This document shows, one piece after another, positions 10,251-19,941 of a stretch of DNA of 64,000 nt (within the stretch, counting starts at the first letter, position 1; every line of letters begins with the position of its first letter). The stretch covers positions 1 through 64,000 of the forward strand of contig JBDHHQ010000006.1 of assembly GCA_039589315.1 (NCBI GenBank), in the 5' to 3' direction. Source of the stretch: Gemmatimonadota bacterium. GTDB lineage: Bacteria > Gemmatimonadota > Gemmatimonadetes > Longimicrobiales > Gaopeijiaceae. The notes beneath the pieces are model-generated. The model was not told the origin of the DNA. It was given only the letters and a program-made list of their open reading frames with translations, and did no database searches. The position numbers were made by a program, and so were the translations under genes.

Positions 10251-10529
10251 ATGTCTCGGAGCACGACACAGCAGGCTCAGGCGGACCCTCAGCTCAGGCT
10301 GCTCGACGTCCCTCTACGTCAGACCGTGGAGTTGGTGCGTATCGATTTGCCGCCGCACGACGCCGAGCCCCTGTTGGACCGTGGTCTTCTGCCCGGCTGC
10401 TCGCTTTGCCCTGTGCGCCGCACGCCGTTCGGTGACCCCATCGTCTCGTTGAACGGCACGCTCCTGGCACTGCGCAGGGAAACCGCGGATTGTCTCTGCG
10501 TTCGGCTTCCCGAGCCGGCGGCGGATTGA
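10251..10529 (+). CDS. feoA: Ferrous iron transport protein A
   Basis: LLDRGLLPG...RRTPFGDPIV...LALRRETA FeoA signature, immediately upstream of feoB. Confidence 0.88.
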   Translation: MSRSTTQQAQADPQLRLLDVPLRQTVELVRIDLPPHDAEPLLDRGLLPGCSLCPVRRTPFGDPIVSLNGTLLALRRETADCLCVRLPEPAAD

Positions 10530-12478
10530 AGGCCCTGCACGTCATTCCGCCAACTGCGGTACCCGTGAACGCAACGCCTTCCTCTTCGCGAGGCGTGGAC
10601 GACCGACCCGACGAGAGCGTGCCTCTCGTGGCCCTGATCGGTCCCCCGAACTCCGGCAAGACCACCCTCTTCAATCAGCTCACCCGGTTGCGCCAGAAGG
10701 TCGCGAACTACCCCGGCGTCACTGTCGAGAAGCACCTCGGTAAGGCGCGGCTGTCGGGCGGCAAGGCCGTGGACGTGGTCGATTTACCCGGTGTCCACGG
10801 CTTCTCGGCCCGTACCCTCGACGAGCGGGTCACTCTCGACGTGCTGGACGGTCGGATCGAGGGTCTCGAGGAGCCGGACGCCATTGTCGTGATCGTCGAT
10901 GCGACACGGCTGGAACAACACCTGATGCTCGTCGAGCCCCTCCTCGAGTTCTGCCTCCCGACGCTGCTCGTCCTGAACATGGCGGACGAGATGGTGAGGC
11001 GGGGCGGCGGCCTGGACGATGACGCGCTGGGCCGTGAGCTGGGTCTCATGGTGGCGCGGACCAACGCCCGGGCGGGCGACGGGATCGACGATGTCCGAGC
11101 GTTCCTGGAGGGTGTGGGGACGCACGGTCCACCACCGCCTCCAGGTCGGATCGCCACCGGTCGCGTCTCCCGGGTCATGCACCTACCGATGATCGACGCG
11201 TTCGCGGCCCGCAGCGGGTACGTACGCCGCGTCCTGGAGCGGGCGCGATTCACCTCGCCGGGGCCGTCGGGCCTTACGGACAAGCTCGACTCGGTCTTCC
11301 TCCACCATGCCCTGGGGCCGTTCATCTTCCTGGCCGTGGTCATGCTGGTCTTCCAGGCCATCTTCACGTGGGCCGTACCCCTCATGGACGGCGTGGAAGC
11401 AGCGGTGGCCGGGTCCGGGGCGTGGGTGTGGTCCGTGCTGCCGGACTCCTGGTTTCGATCGCTTCTCGTGGATGGCGTCTGGGCCGGCGTGGGAGCCGTG
11501 CTCGTCTTCCTCCCGCAGATCCTGATCCTCTTTCTCTTCCTGGGGATCCTCGAGGATTCTGGCTACCTGGCGCGCGCCGCCGTGATCGCGGATCGCCTGA
11601 TGTACCGTGTGGGACTCCAGGGTCGGGCGTTCCTGCCCCTACTGTCCGGGTATGCCTGCGCAGTGCCGGCCATCCTCGCGGCCCGCACCGTCGAGGACGA
11701 GCGCGACCGGCTCGCCACGATCTTCGTGACGCCCTTCATGACGTGCTCGGCGCGACTCCCGGTGTACGCGCTCCTGATCGCGGCATTCATCCCCGCGCGC
11801 CCTGTCCTCGGACCCCTCATGGGTTCCCGCGCCGCGACGCTACTCGGGCTTTATGCGCTGGGTGTGGTCGCGGCCGTGGGCACGGCCTTTCTGCTCAAAC
11901 GCACGCTGCTGAGGGCCCCGCGTGCCTCCTTCATCATGGAGCTGCCGCCGTATCGCGTGCCCACGCTCCGGTCGCTCACGGTTCGCCTGATCGACCGCAG
12001 CAGGATCTTTCTTCGCCGAGCCGGGAGGATCATCCTCACGGTGGCCGTGGTCCTGTGGATCCTGACCCAGGTGCCGCGCGTAGCTGGAGGCCCCCCTCCC
12101 GTCGACTCGAGCGCTCTAGCGAGGATCGGTCAGGTGATCGAGCCGGCGATCGAGCCGCTGGGGATGGACTGGCGCATCGGCGTGGGCCTGGTCTCGTCGC
12201 TGGCGGCCAGGGAAGTGATCGTCGGCACGTTGGGCACGATCTACGGCGTCGAGAGCGCCTCGGAAGGATCGCTGGAGCTCCAGGAAGCCCTGCAAAGTCA
12301 CCTGAGCCTGGGCGGCGCCGTGGCGCTGCTCGTGTTCTTCGTGTTCGCCCTCCAGTGCATGTCTACGGTGGCCGTGATGCGGCGGGAGACGGCTGGATGG
12401 AAGTGGCCGACGCTTCAGTTCACCTACATGCTGGTACTGGCGTACGTGGCCGCGTTCGCTGCGTATCGGCTGTTCTAG
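10526..12478 (+). CDS. feoB: Ferrous iron transport protein B
   Basis: G motifs GPPNSGKT, NYPGVT, DLPG, NMAD. Membrane motifs LEDSGYLARAA, PFMTCSARLP, FIMELPPY. Start approximate. Confidence 0.95.
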   Translation: MKALHVIPPTAVPVNATPSSSRGVDDRPDESVPLVALIGPPNSGKTTLFNQLTRLRQKVANYPGVTVEKHLGKARLSGGKAVDVVDLPGVHGFSARTLDERVTLDVLDGRIEGLEEPDAIVVIVDATRLEQHLMLVEPLLEFCLPTLLVLNMADEMVRRGGGLDDDALGRELGLMVARTNARAGDGIDDVRAFLEGVGTHGPPPPPGRIATGRVSRVMHLPMIDAFAARSGYVRRVLERARFTSPGPSGLTDKLDSVFLHHALGPFIFLAVVMLVFQAIFTWAVPLMDGVEAAVAGSGAWVWSVLPDSWFRSLLVDGVWAGVGAVLVFLPQILILFLFLGILEDSGYLARAAVIADRLMYRVGLQGRAFLPLLSGYACAVPAILAARTVEDERDRLATIFVTPFMTCSARLPVYALLIAAFIPARPVLGPLMGSRAATLLGLYALGVVAAVGTAFLLKRTLLRAPRASFIMELPPYRVPTLRSLTVRLIDRSRIFLRRAGRIILTVAVVLWILTQVPRVAGGPPPVDSSALARIGQVIEPAIEPLGMDWRIGVGLVSSLAAREVIVGTLGTIYGVESASEGSLELQEALQSHLSLGGAVALLVFFVFALQCMSTVAVMRRETAGWKWPTLQFTYMLVLAYVAAFAAYRLF

Positions 12479-12597
12479 TGTGGTGCTGAAGAAGTCGTGA
12501 TGCTATTCGAGAGCCACTGCATCCCGCCCGGCGGCGTTGCGGTTCCTCCCAATAGCGCTGCTATTACTCGTCTCCGCGCCTTGCCGGTTCGGGCGCA
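12476..12597. repeat. Long imperfect palindromic intergenic element (REP/MITE-like)
   Basis: Nested hairpin 12528-12587 (ccggc-ggc-gcgg ... aatagc-gct-gctatt ... ccgc-gcc-gccgg) in an element beginning at the feoB stop codon. Single copy in this window. Confidence 0.4.
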
Positions 12598-12772
12598 TCG
12601 GCCCTCCGGCCCGGCGGCTCGGGAGTCGAGTGGGGGGTAGTCGTGGGACGACTCCCGGCCCGGGGGGCCGTCCCGCGCACACGCTTCAGCCGCCGCCGCT
12701 CGGCTCGGGCATCAAGACCCGGTACTCGTCCCACGAGCCGTCGTTGACCGCCGGGAGCTCCGCCTTCCGTGG

Positions 12773-15238
12773 CTACTCCAACCGCAGCGTCGCCATGGGA
12801 TCCACCCGCGCGGCCTTCCGGGCCGGCAGGTAACAGGCCGTGAGGGCGACGATCACCAGCAGTCCGGCAATGGCGCTGAAGGTGACCGGGTCCGTGGGGG
12901 AGACACCGAACAGGAGGCTGGCGATCACCCTCGTGAGCCACATCGATGCCAGGACGCCGAGTCCCACGCCGGTCAGGATCACGATCATCCCCTGACCCAA
13001 CACCATCCGCAGGATGGACTCCTTCCCAGCGCCCAGCGCCATGCGGATGCCGATCTCGCGGGTGCGCTGGCGTACGGCGAAGGCGATCACGCCGTAGAGC
13101 CCGACCGAGGCGAGCACCAGCGCCACTGCCGCGAACACGGCGATGAGCGTCATGGCGAAGCGAGTCGCGGCCATGGCGTCGTCCACATACGCCGACAGCG
13201 GTCGGACCCGGTACACGGGAAGCTGGCCGTCCATCTCAGCTACCTGGCGGGAGACGGCGCCGACCAGCGACTCCGGTCCGATTCCGGCGCGGGCCACGAC
13301 CGTCATCTGGGTCCAGGGAAACAGGTGGTGCGGGATGAAGAGCGTCTCTCGCGAGTCTGCCGTCAGGGACTCGTGCCGCATGTGCTCCACCACACCGACC
13401 ACGTCGAGGAAGAGCCGCTGACCGAAGAGGTCGATCCCCAGCACCTTGCCCACCGGCGACTCGCCCGGCCACACCTTCTCGGCGAACGGCGCGTCGATGA
13501 TCACGACGTGCGCCCTGCCTGAGATGTCGGCCCGTTCGAAGCTCCGTCCGTCGAGCAGGCGGGTGCCCATGGCAGCGAAGTAGCCGGGCGTGATGACCCG
13601 GAAGTTCGCCTCGTTCTGGGTCCAAAGAGACGGATCCTCGTCGTCCCGGCCGTAGGGGCCGGTCCAGAAGCGTCCGCCAAGGGGGAGGGGGAAGACCCCG
13701 CCCACCGCCTCCACCCCGGGCAGCGCGGCCACGCGGGGCTCCATCTCCTGGAAGAACTGGGTGCGGGCCTCGACACCGCCGTAGCGGGAGAACGGAAGCG
13801 AGATCTTGTACGTGAGCACGTCCTGTGCGTCGAATCCGGGCCGGACGTCCTGGAGGGCCGCGAAGCTGCGGAGCATCAACCCGGCGCCGATGAGCAGGAC
13901 TACGGACAGGGCCACTTCGGCGATGACGAGCGCACCACGAGCGCGCAGCCCGGAGGCTTGGCCGGTCCGGGCCTGGAGCGCGTCTCTGGGACTCGCTCGC
14001 CGGGAGTCCAACAAGGGCGCGAGACCGAAGAAGATGGCGGCCAGCCCTGTGGCCGCCAGCGTGAAGCCCAGCACGGGCAGGTTGATGGCGATTTCGTCGA
14101 CCCGCGGGAGATTCGGTGGCCGCAGCGCGAGGAGCGCGTCGATGCCGAGCCGGGCGAGCAACAGCCCGCCTACGGCCCCGAGGGCGGCCAGGAGCATTCC
14201 CTCGACCACCACGAGCTGTACCAGGCGACCTCGAGCCGCGCCCAACGCTACACGCACCGCCATCTCGCGCCGGCGCGCCGAGGCGCGGGTGAGAATCAGG
14301 TTGGCCACGTTGGCGCAGGCGATGAGAAGCACGAACCCCACGGCGCCGAGCAGAGCGAGCAACGTGGGACGGACGTGGCCCACCACGTCCGCGTGCATGG
14401 GCACCACGTCGATCTGCATGCCCATGTTTTGGTGGAACTGGTGACGCTCCCGCTGCCGCGCCGCGATGGCGTCCATCTCGGACTGGGCCTGCGCGACCGT
14501 GACGCCCGGCCGGAGACGAGCCACGACGCGCAGGTTCTGAGACTCCCGATTGCCCTGGGCCAGGTCGAGGCGGAGCGGAGTCCACGCATCGATGTCGGTG
14601 GGCATCCCCGCGTCCACCGGCATCATGACTTCGAATCCGGACGGCATGACACCCACCACGGTCATAGGCTGAAAGTCCATCTGGACTGCCCGACCCAGAA
14701 CCGAGGGATCGCCGCCGAAGCGCCGCTGCCAGAAGTCGTGGCTGAGGATCAGCGCGCTGGCCGGAATGGGGATGGTGGGATCCGTGAACGCCTTCTGGGG
14801 GATCGGCTTCTCGTCGGACTCCACGAAACCCCGCCCGAGCAGCGGCTCCACGCCGAGCACCTCGAGGTAGTTGGCGGTGACGCTGGCGAGCTGGATCTGC
14901 TCGGGCTCACCCTCCCCGGTGAGGGACGACTCGGCCACGTTGTTCGTCGCCGCAAAACCAAGGAAGCCTTTCGCTTGCTCCCGGTAGTCGGCGATGTCGG
15001 GGGCGGCCACGGGAGCCTTCGGGTAGCCCGTGGTCTCCATGCGGTTCCAGACCAGCACCAGCCGCTCGGGCTCGTCGTAGGGGAGCGGTCGAATGAGGAC
15101 CGCGTTGACCGCGCTGAAGATGGCGGTGTTGGCGCCGATCCCCAACGCCAGCGTGAGGATCGCTACGAGGGTGAAGCCAGGGCTGTTCGCGAGCTTGCGC
15201 CAGCCGTACCGCAGGTCTGTCCAGAACGATCCCATCAT
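12773..15238 (-). CDS. MacB/FtsX-type ABC permease with duplicated domains (ADOP-like orphan permease)
   Basis: DLRYGWRKL..SPGFT..AILTLALGIGANTAIFS, LLIACANVANL, RTREIGIRMALGA, RVDPMATLRLE. No adjacent ATPase gene. Confidence 0.92.
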   Translation of the reverse strand: MMGSFWTDLRYGWRKLANSPGFTLVAILTLALGIGANTAIFSAVNAVLIRPLPYDEPERLVLVWNRMETTGYPKAPVAAPDIADYREQAKGFLGFAATNNVAESSLTGEGEPEQIQLASVTANYLEVLGVEPLLGRGFVESDEKPIPQKAFTDPTIPIPASALILSHDFWQRRFGGDPSVLGRAVQMDFQPMTVVGVMPSGFEVMMPVDAGMPTDIDAWTPLRLDLAQGNRESQNLRVVARLRPGVTVAQAQSEMDAIAARQRERHQFHQNMGMQIDVVPMHADVVGHVRPTLLALLGAVGFVLLIACANVANLILTRASARRREMAVRVALGAARGRLVQLVVVEGMLLAALGAVGGLLLARLGIDALLALRPPNLPRVDEIAINLPVLGFTLAATGLAAIFFGLAPLLDSRRASPRDALQARTGQASGLRARGALVIAEVALSVVLLIGAGLMLRSFAALQDVRPGFDAQDVLTYKISLPFSRYGGVEARTQFFQEMEPRVAALPGVEAVGGVFPLPLGGRFWTGPYGRDDEDPSLWTQNEANFRVITPGYFAAMGTRLLDGRSFERADISGRAHVVIIDAPFAEKVWPGESPVGKVLGIDLFGQRLFLDVVGVVEHMRHESLTADSRETLFIPHHLFPWTQMTVVARAGIGPESLVGAVSRQVAEMDGQLPVYRVRPLSAYVDDAMAATRFAMTLIAVFAAVALVLASVGLYGVIAFAVRQRTREIGIRMALGAGKESILRMVLGQGMIVILTGVGLGVLASMWLTRVIASLLFGVSPTDPVTFSAIAGLLVIVALTACYLPARKAARVDPMATLRLE

Positions 15239-15341
15239 CCCGACCCCTCCCGAAAAAATTCTTTCCGCAATCCAACGTACAATGTCCGGCGCTCCGCGGC
15301 CAACGGTCGCATGGGCGCGAGCGGGCGGCCGCCGCCTACGC

Positions 15342-17042
15342 TCAGAGCTCCTGCCCCACTGCCTCCTGCCACAACGCCCGCACTTCGTCGTCCTGTCCTG
15401 TCATCTCCCAGCGGACGAGGGTCAGGGGGATCAAGCCTCTGGACAGCAGATCATCGTGAAAGGCGCCCAGCGTGAAGTCGTCGCCCAGGGCCAGTGAGCG
15501 CTCCGACAGCAACTGCTCGATCTGGATCTTCCCGATGATGTAGCCGCTTCCCGAGCCGGGCCGGCGGAGATAGCCCTCCAGATCGTATCGACCCAGATCC
15601 TCCTCCATGTACGGTACGAACTCGATCATGTAACGGTTCGCCTGGTCGAGGTTGAACTCGCCGGCGTGCATCTTGGTCTCGGCGTAGATCCGGCTGGCCC
15701 GCTTCATCAGGGCCACGTAGAACAGCTGGTCCGCCTGCGGCACGTCCCGCGTAAGCCCCGCGAGCAGGAACATCTCCTCGAGGTAGGTGGCCCAGCCCTC
15801 GGCCCGGGAGCTGTCGCCGTAACCCCGCCGGATGGGATTCTCGATCCGCCTCGCCACCATCCCGTCGAAGCGGTGTCCCGGAATCGAGGCGTGAATGTGG
15901 TTGTTGAAGGTATTGCGGAACTGGAGCTCCTCCCAGAAGTGCCGGTCCGTCAACGCGCGGGGACTCCAGAAGGTGTCCGTTTCGAACGACTCAGGGGTGT
16001 CGTCGGGGAAGGTCAGGAGGTACTGCTCGACCACCATTCGCCGGATCTGCTCCTCCGCTTCACGAGTGCGCCGCAAGTGCTGCTCCCGGCTGGTGGTGAG
16101 CTCCAGCGCGGGAAGGCCTCGGTCGCGGTTCCGCGCGATCTCGTAGGCGGCGCGGTAGCGGTGAAACTCACGTTTGCCCATCAGGGCCATCTCGGCTGTT
16201 CCGTAGGGCAGGAGCCGGACGTTCCGGAAGTACCAGTCGAGATGCTCGGCGCCGATGCCGGCTGATGCAGGCATCTCCGGCCGTCGCTCCCGCAGCCAAT
16301 CCCGATACCCCACGACGGCATCCAGGGCGGCGGCACAAAGCGCGGAGTCGCCGGGCTGTGTTTGGGAGACGCGGGCGCACAGGTCCCCGTACCAGCCGAT
16401 CGTCCCCTCCGGTGGATCGTCGCGGTAGGGCTGTCCCTGCCCGACGCCGTCGAAGTTGCCCAGGTGGAAGATCGCGAGACTCGCCAGCTCGCCCAGCGGA
16501 TCGGTGAGGTTGTCCTCGGCCTGTCGCAAGGTGCCGGGCACCGCTGCCAGGGCGCTCCGCCATCGCGCAGCCTCTTCGCCGGACAGTGGCAGGTCGACGT
16601 AGGGCACCCGTCTCACCTCGTTCAGGTACAGGATCGGATCCCGTTGCCACGGGCGGGTCACGCGGTGCTCGAACGCCAGCCCGTTCGCCTTCGCCCAGAC
16701 CAGCAGGTAGTCCACCTTGCCCGCGACCGACCACGCCGTCGGGTCGATCTCCCGGAGCCGCGTCTGAGCCCGCTCGACGGCTCCTGCCCGTTCGGCCATG
16801 GCGGCCGCACCGTACCGTGGCACACCGTCCTGGCGGTGCGGTCCGCGGAGAGCGGTCAGCTCCGCATCGAGGGAAACCAACGCGTCCCAGCCAGGATCGG
16901 CCTGGCCGGCGACATCGGCTGGGACGAGTAACCCCACGAAGGCCAGCGCGGCGGCTGCCGCGGCGGCGCCGGGTCCGCGCCGTACCCCATCCGTCTCTGA
17001 CATGTTCTGCCTTTCTCGCCTCTGCCAGTGCGGGTCGTTCAT
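15342..17042 (-). CDS. DUF885-family secreted protein
   Basis: Signal-like hydrophobic N-terminus, HASIPGH, EGWATYLE, PG...Y.IGK.QI, FTLGAFHDDLLSRGLIPL. ATG 17042 overlaps the upstream stop (alternative start 17003). Confidence 0.7.
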   Translation of the reverse strand: MNDPHWQRRERQNMSETDGVRRGPGAAAAAAALAFVGLLVPADVAGQADPGWDALVSLDAELTALRGPHRQDGVPRYGAAAMAERAGAVERAQTRLREIDPTAWSVAGKVDYLLVWAKANGLAFEHRVTRPWQRDPILYLNEVRRVPYVDLPLSGEEAARWRSALAAVPGTLRQAEDNLTDPLGELASLAIFHLGNFDGVGQGQPYRDDPPEGTIGWYGDLCARVSQTQPGDSALCAAALDAVVGYRDWLRERRPEMPASAGIGAEHLDWYFRNVRLLPYGTAEMALMGKREFHRYRAAYEIARNRDRGLPALELTTSREQHLRRTREAEEQIRRMVVEQYLLTFPDDTPESFETDTFWSPRALTDRHFWEELQFRNTFNNHIHASIPGHRFDGMVARRIENPIRRGYGDSSRAEGWATYLEEMFLLAGLTRDVPQADQLFYVALMKRASRIYAETKMHAGEFNLDQANRYMIEFVPYMEEDLGRYDLEGYLRRPGSGSGYIIGKIQIEQLLSERSLALGDDFTLGAFHDDLLSRGLIPLTLVRWEMTGQDDEVRALWQEAVGQEL

Positions 17043-19348
17043 CGTCGTCGAGCCCGGAGGTGGCGCTCGAAGTGCTGAACCAGCTTGCCGAAGGCGAAGC
17101 GCGTCTGAGCGAGACCCTCGTTGTCCCACCCGTGGCCGGCGTCCGGCAGCATCACGAGATCGACGTCCTTCCCCAGCATGATCAGCCGTTGCACGAGTGT
17201 CGCGGTGTCTTTGAACAGCACGATCTCGTCGCGCATTCCGTGAATGATCATCAAGGGATCCTCCAGCCCGGCCCCGTGCAGGAATGGCGACGAATCCGCG
17301 TACTCCCCAGGCTGATCCTCCGGAGCCATCATTACGGCCATCTGACCCGTCAGCGCATGCCACACGTTGGTCGCGGGAGCTCCTGCGACGCCGGCCGCGT
17401 ACAGCCCGGGCTTCCGAAAGAGCGACATGATGGTCATGAGCCCGCCGTAGCTCGAGCCCCAGATGCCTACCCGCTCCATGTCCACGTACCCCTCGCTCTC
17501 GAGGAAGCGGACTCCGCTCTCGAGGTCCTCGATGTCCAAGCCGCCGTAGTCGAGACGGATGCCGCGGCGGTGGTCGCGGCCCCGACCCCAGCTGCCGCGC
17601 ATGTCCACGTTGAGCAGGACGTACCCTTCCTGCGCCAGGTACTGGTCGAGGCCCCAGGTCGGGTGTGCGGTCCGACCTCCCCACTGGTTACGGACGCTCT
17701 CCGTGTAGACGGACCCGAGGATCGCCGGATACCTGTGGCTGGGATCGAAGTCTGGAGGGAGCGTGAGACGCCCGTGCAGCGCCGTCCCGTCCACATGGCT
17801 CCGGAAGGTCACGTACCGCGGCTCGACCCACGAAAAGCTGTGGAACTCCGGGATCGGGGAGTCGGTGATGAGGCGCTCCATCACGGCCAGGCTGTCGTCG
17901 AGGCCCCGAGTCGCCGCCTCGGGATCGAGGGTCGTGAGCAGCAGCTCCGGTGGTGTGGCATCGCTCGAAAAAGCCACCGCCGCGTAGCGGCCGTCGGGCG
18001 ACAGCGTCGGCGAATGTGTTCCCGGCCGATGGCTGACCCGAGTCACGCCGCCTCCGGGATCCTCCACGTGAAAGAGCTGCCGCTCTTCCGGATGGTCACG
18101 GTTGCCGACCACGAGCACTCCGCCCTGGACCGGGTGCATCTCGGCTACCGCCCAGTCACCACGCGTCAGGCGCATGGGCTCGCTCTGCTCCGACCTCTCC
18201 CCTCCGGCTTCCAGCGCGTAGACGTGGTAGTCTTCGTCTCGATCCGAGAGGAAATAGAGCCGTCTGGAATCGGTGGACCAGGCGATGCGCCAATAGTAAT
18301 GGGTTTCGTTGAGCGGCTCCTGCTCGCGGACGACGATCCGCCCGACCGGAGCGCCTGCGGCATCCCATTCCACCAGGAAGATCCGCCGGTCCTTTGCGTA
18401 GAGGTCGCTCGTGTCGACCGCCAGACGATCGCCGCCGGGCGCCCAGGCGTAGCTGAGCAAGAGCCACGGGGACTCGGGAGACGCGGGTCCGTCGCCCAGT
18501 GCGACCCACTGGACCGGCTCGTCGCCCCGCAACGTGGCCGCGTCCACAACGCCCAAGCGTTGCCGCGCCGGCGCTTCGCCTGGATAGGCCCGGCGCACCT
18601 CGACGAGTCGAGTTTCGTCGGCCAGATAGTCCGGGATACCGCGCAGCGGGACGTCGCGCCGATCTCGCTCCAGAACGGCGATCCTCGGCCCCGCGGGCGA
18701 CCACCGAAAGCTGGCGATGCCGACTTCCGGCCCGGGGCTGTCGATCCTCCGCACGGCGGCCGGTAGCCCGCTGGCCGCCGCGGGCGGAACCTCGGCCGCC
18801 ATGAGCCACAGGTGGCCCTCCCTCACGAACGCGAGGAGATCCCCCCTGGGCGAATAGGCGGCCTGCGTCTCGGTGGCCGGGGTGTCGGTGAGCCGTCGAG
18901 GCTCCTCGCCGGACGTGACGAGCCAGAGATCGCCTCGAAACGTGATCAGCAGCCACCGTCCGTCCGGATGCCAGGTCACGGCCGTCACGCCGGGATCGCC
19001 CTCCACCCGCTCCTCGGCCTCCGCCACTGCGACGGGGTCAGGGGCCGCACCCGGCACGAGCTCGAGGTGAGGCATGTTCGTGATCCGGGTCGGCCCTCGA
19101 TCCGGCGCCGTCGCGTCTACGACCCAGACGTCTCGGAAGTCGCGCCCCTCATCGTTCCAGAGGAACGCCAGGTGACGCCCATCGGCCGACCAGGCAAAGG
19201 CCCGGGGGGGCGTCCCGATGAGTCGGGGTGAGGAGTAGAGCCGCTCGATCGTGAGCCGGGGTGTCTGGGCGCTCGCCCGTCCTGACGGGATGGCCAAGGG
19301 GGCCGCGACCGCCAGGAGGGCCCCGAGGCGAAGCATTTCTCTAAACAT
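17039..19348 (-). CDS. S9 family (dipeptidyl peptidase IV-like) serine peptidase, secreted
   Basis: Signal peptide, beta-propeller repeats (WSADG, WHPDG, LSPDG), GIWGSSYGG nucleophile, HGMRDEIV, AGHGW. Confidence 0.9.
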   Translation of the reverse strand: MFREMLRLGALLAVAAPLAIPSGRASAQTPRLTIERLYSSPRLIGTPPRAFAWSADGRHLAFLWNDEGRDFRDVWVVDATAPDRGPTRITNMPHLELVPGAAPDPVAVAEAEERVEGDPGVTAVTWHPDGRWLLITFRGDLWLVTSGEEPRRLTDTPATETQAAYSPRGDLLAFVREGHLWLMAAEVPPAAASGLPAAVRRIDSPGPEVGIASFRWSPAGPRIAVLERDRRDVPLRGIPDYLADETRLVEVRRAYPGEAPARQRLGVVDAATLRGDEPVQWVALGDGPASPESPWLLLSYAWAPGGDRLAVDTSDLYAKDRRIFLVEWDAAGAPVGRIVVREQEPLNETHYYWRIAWSTDSRRLYFLSDRDEDYHVYALEAGGERSEQSEPMRLTRGDWAVAEMHPVQGGVLVVGNRDHPEERQLFHVEDPGGGVTRVSHRPGTHSPTLSPDGRYAAVAFSSDATPPELLLTTLDPEAATRGLDDSLAVMERLITDSPIPEFHSFSWVEPRYVTFRSHVDGTALHGRLTLPPDFDPSHRYPAILGSVYTESVRNQWGGRTAHPTWGLDQYLAQEGYVLLNVDMRGSWGRGRDHRRGIRLDYGGLDIEDLESGVRFLESEGYVDMERVGIWGSSYGGLMTIMSLFRKPGLYAAGVAGAPATNVWHALTGQMAVMMAPEDQPGEYADSSPFLHGAGLEDPLMIIHGMRDEIVLFKDTATLVQRLIMLGKDVDLVMLPDAGHGWDNEGLAQTRFAFGKLVQHFERHLRARRR

Positions 19349-19473
19349 GCGAACCAAGATCCCAGGGGTTGAGGGCAGGGGCAACAGACCCGGAGCGGCT
19401 GCTCGACCCGGTCGTGCTCAGCGCGGCACGGCCGCTGCCGGGACACCTGTCACAGAGGGGCGGCGTCTGTAGG

Positions 19474-19668
19474 GACTTCGCCGCCGTCTATGGAGCGGGG
19501 TTGAGGGTCTTCCTCACCCGCAACCACGTCGTCTGCGGGGACCTGCGGTTGCACCAGATCCCCGACGCCCTGGGCAAGACCCTGGACGGCATCGGTGTCC
19601 CTCGGGGAGATACGCTGTGGCTCCTGGAGCTGAGCGGCGGGCTGAGCTGGTTCCCCGGGGGTGGGTAG
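19474..19668 (+). pseudogene. Orphan 3' end of an unidentified gene
   Basis: About 65 codons with coding-like G/C third positions (DFAAVYGAGLRVFLTRNHVVCGDLRL...WFPGGG*), no credible start or RBS. Confidence 0.35.
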
Positions 19669-19695
19669 CGCGGTCCCCCGGCAGTCAGCCAGAGA

Positions 19696-19899
19696 ATGGG
19701 GCCGCAGGGGCTCGGGCACGTGCACGTTTCGGAATCAGGGCACGTGCTCGACGCTCGAGTCGCCGGCAGCGCCGGTCATGAGCTGTTCGACCGAGCGGCT
19801 CTGCGTGTCCTGCACATCATGCGTTTTGGGCCTGCCGTGAATCGCGACGGGGCAGTGCGGGTATGGATAGAGCTGCCCATCGTCTTCACGACGCGATAG
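19696..19899 (+). pseudogene. TonB C-terminal domain fragment
   Basis: VHVSESGHVLDARVAGSAGHELFDRAALRV...FGPA...VRVWIELPIVF matches the TonB_C pattern. No TM anchor or Pro-rich linker. Confidence 0.65.
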
Positions 19900-19941
19900 A
19901 CTACCCTTCGGCGGCAATGCTCCCCCGGACTCGAAAGACAG

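Noticed and set aside
19666..19668. Pyrrolysine or programmed read-through of TAG joining the unknown fragment to TonB_C
   Set aside because: No supporting machinery or context, and both parts look degraded.
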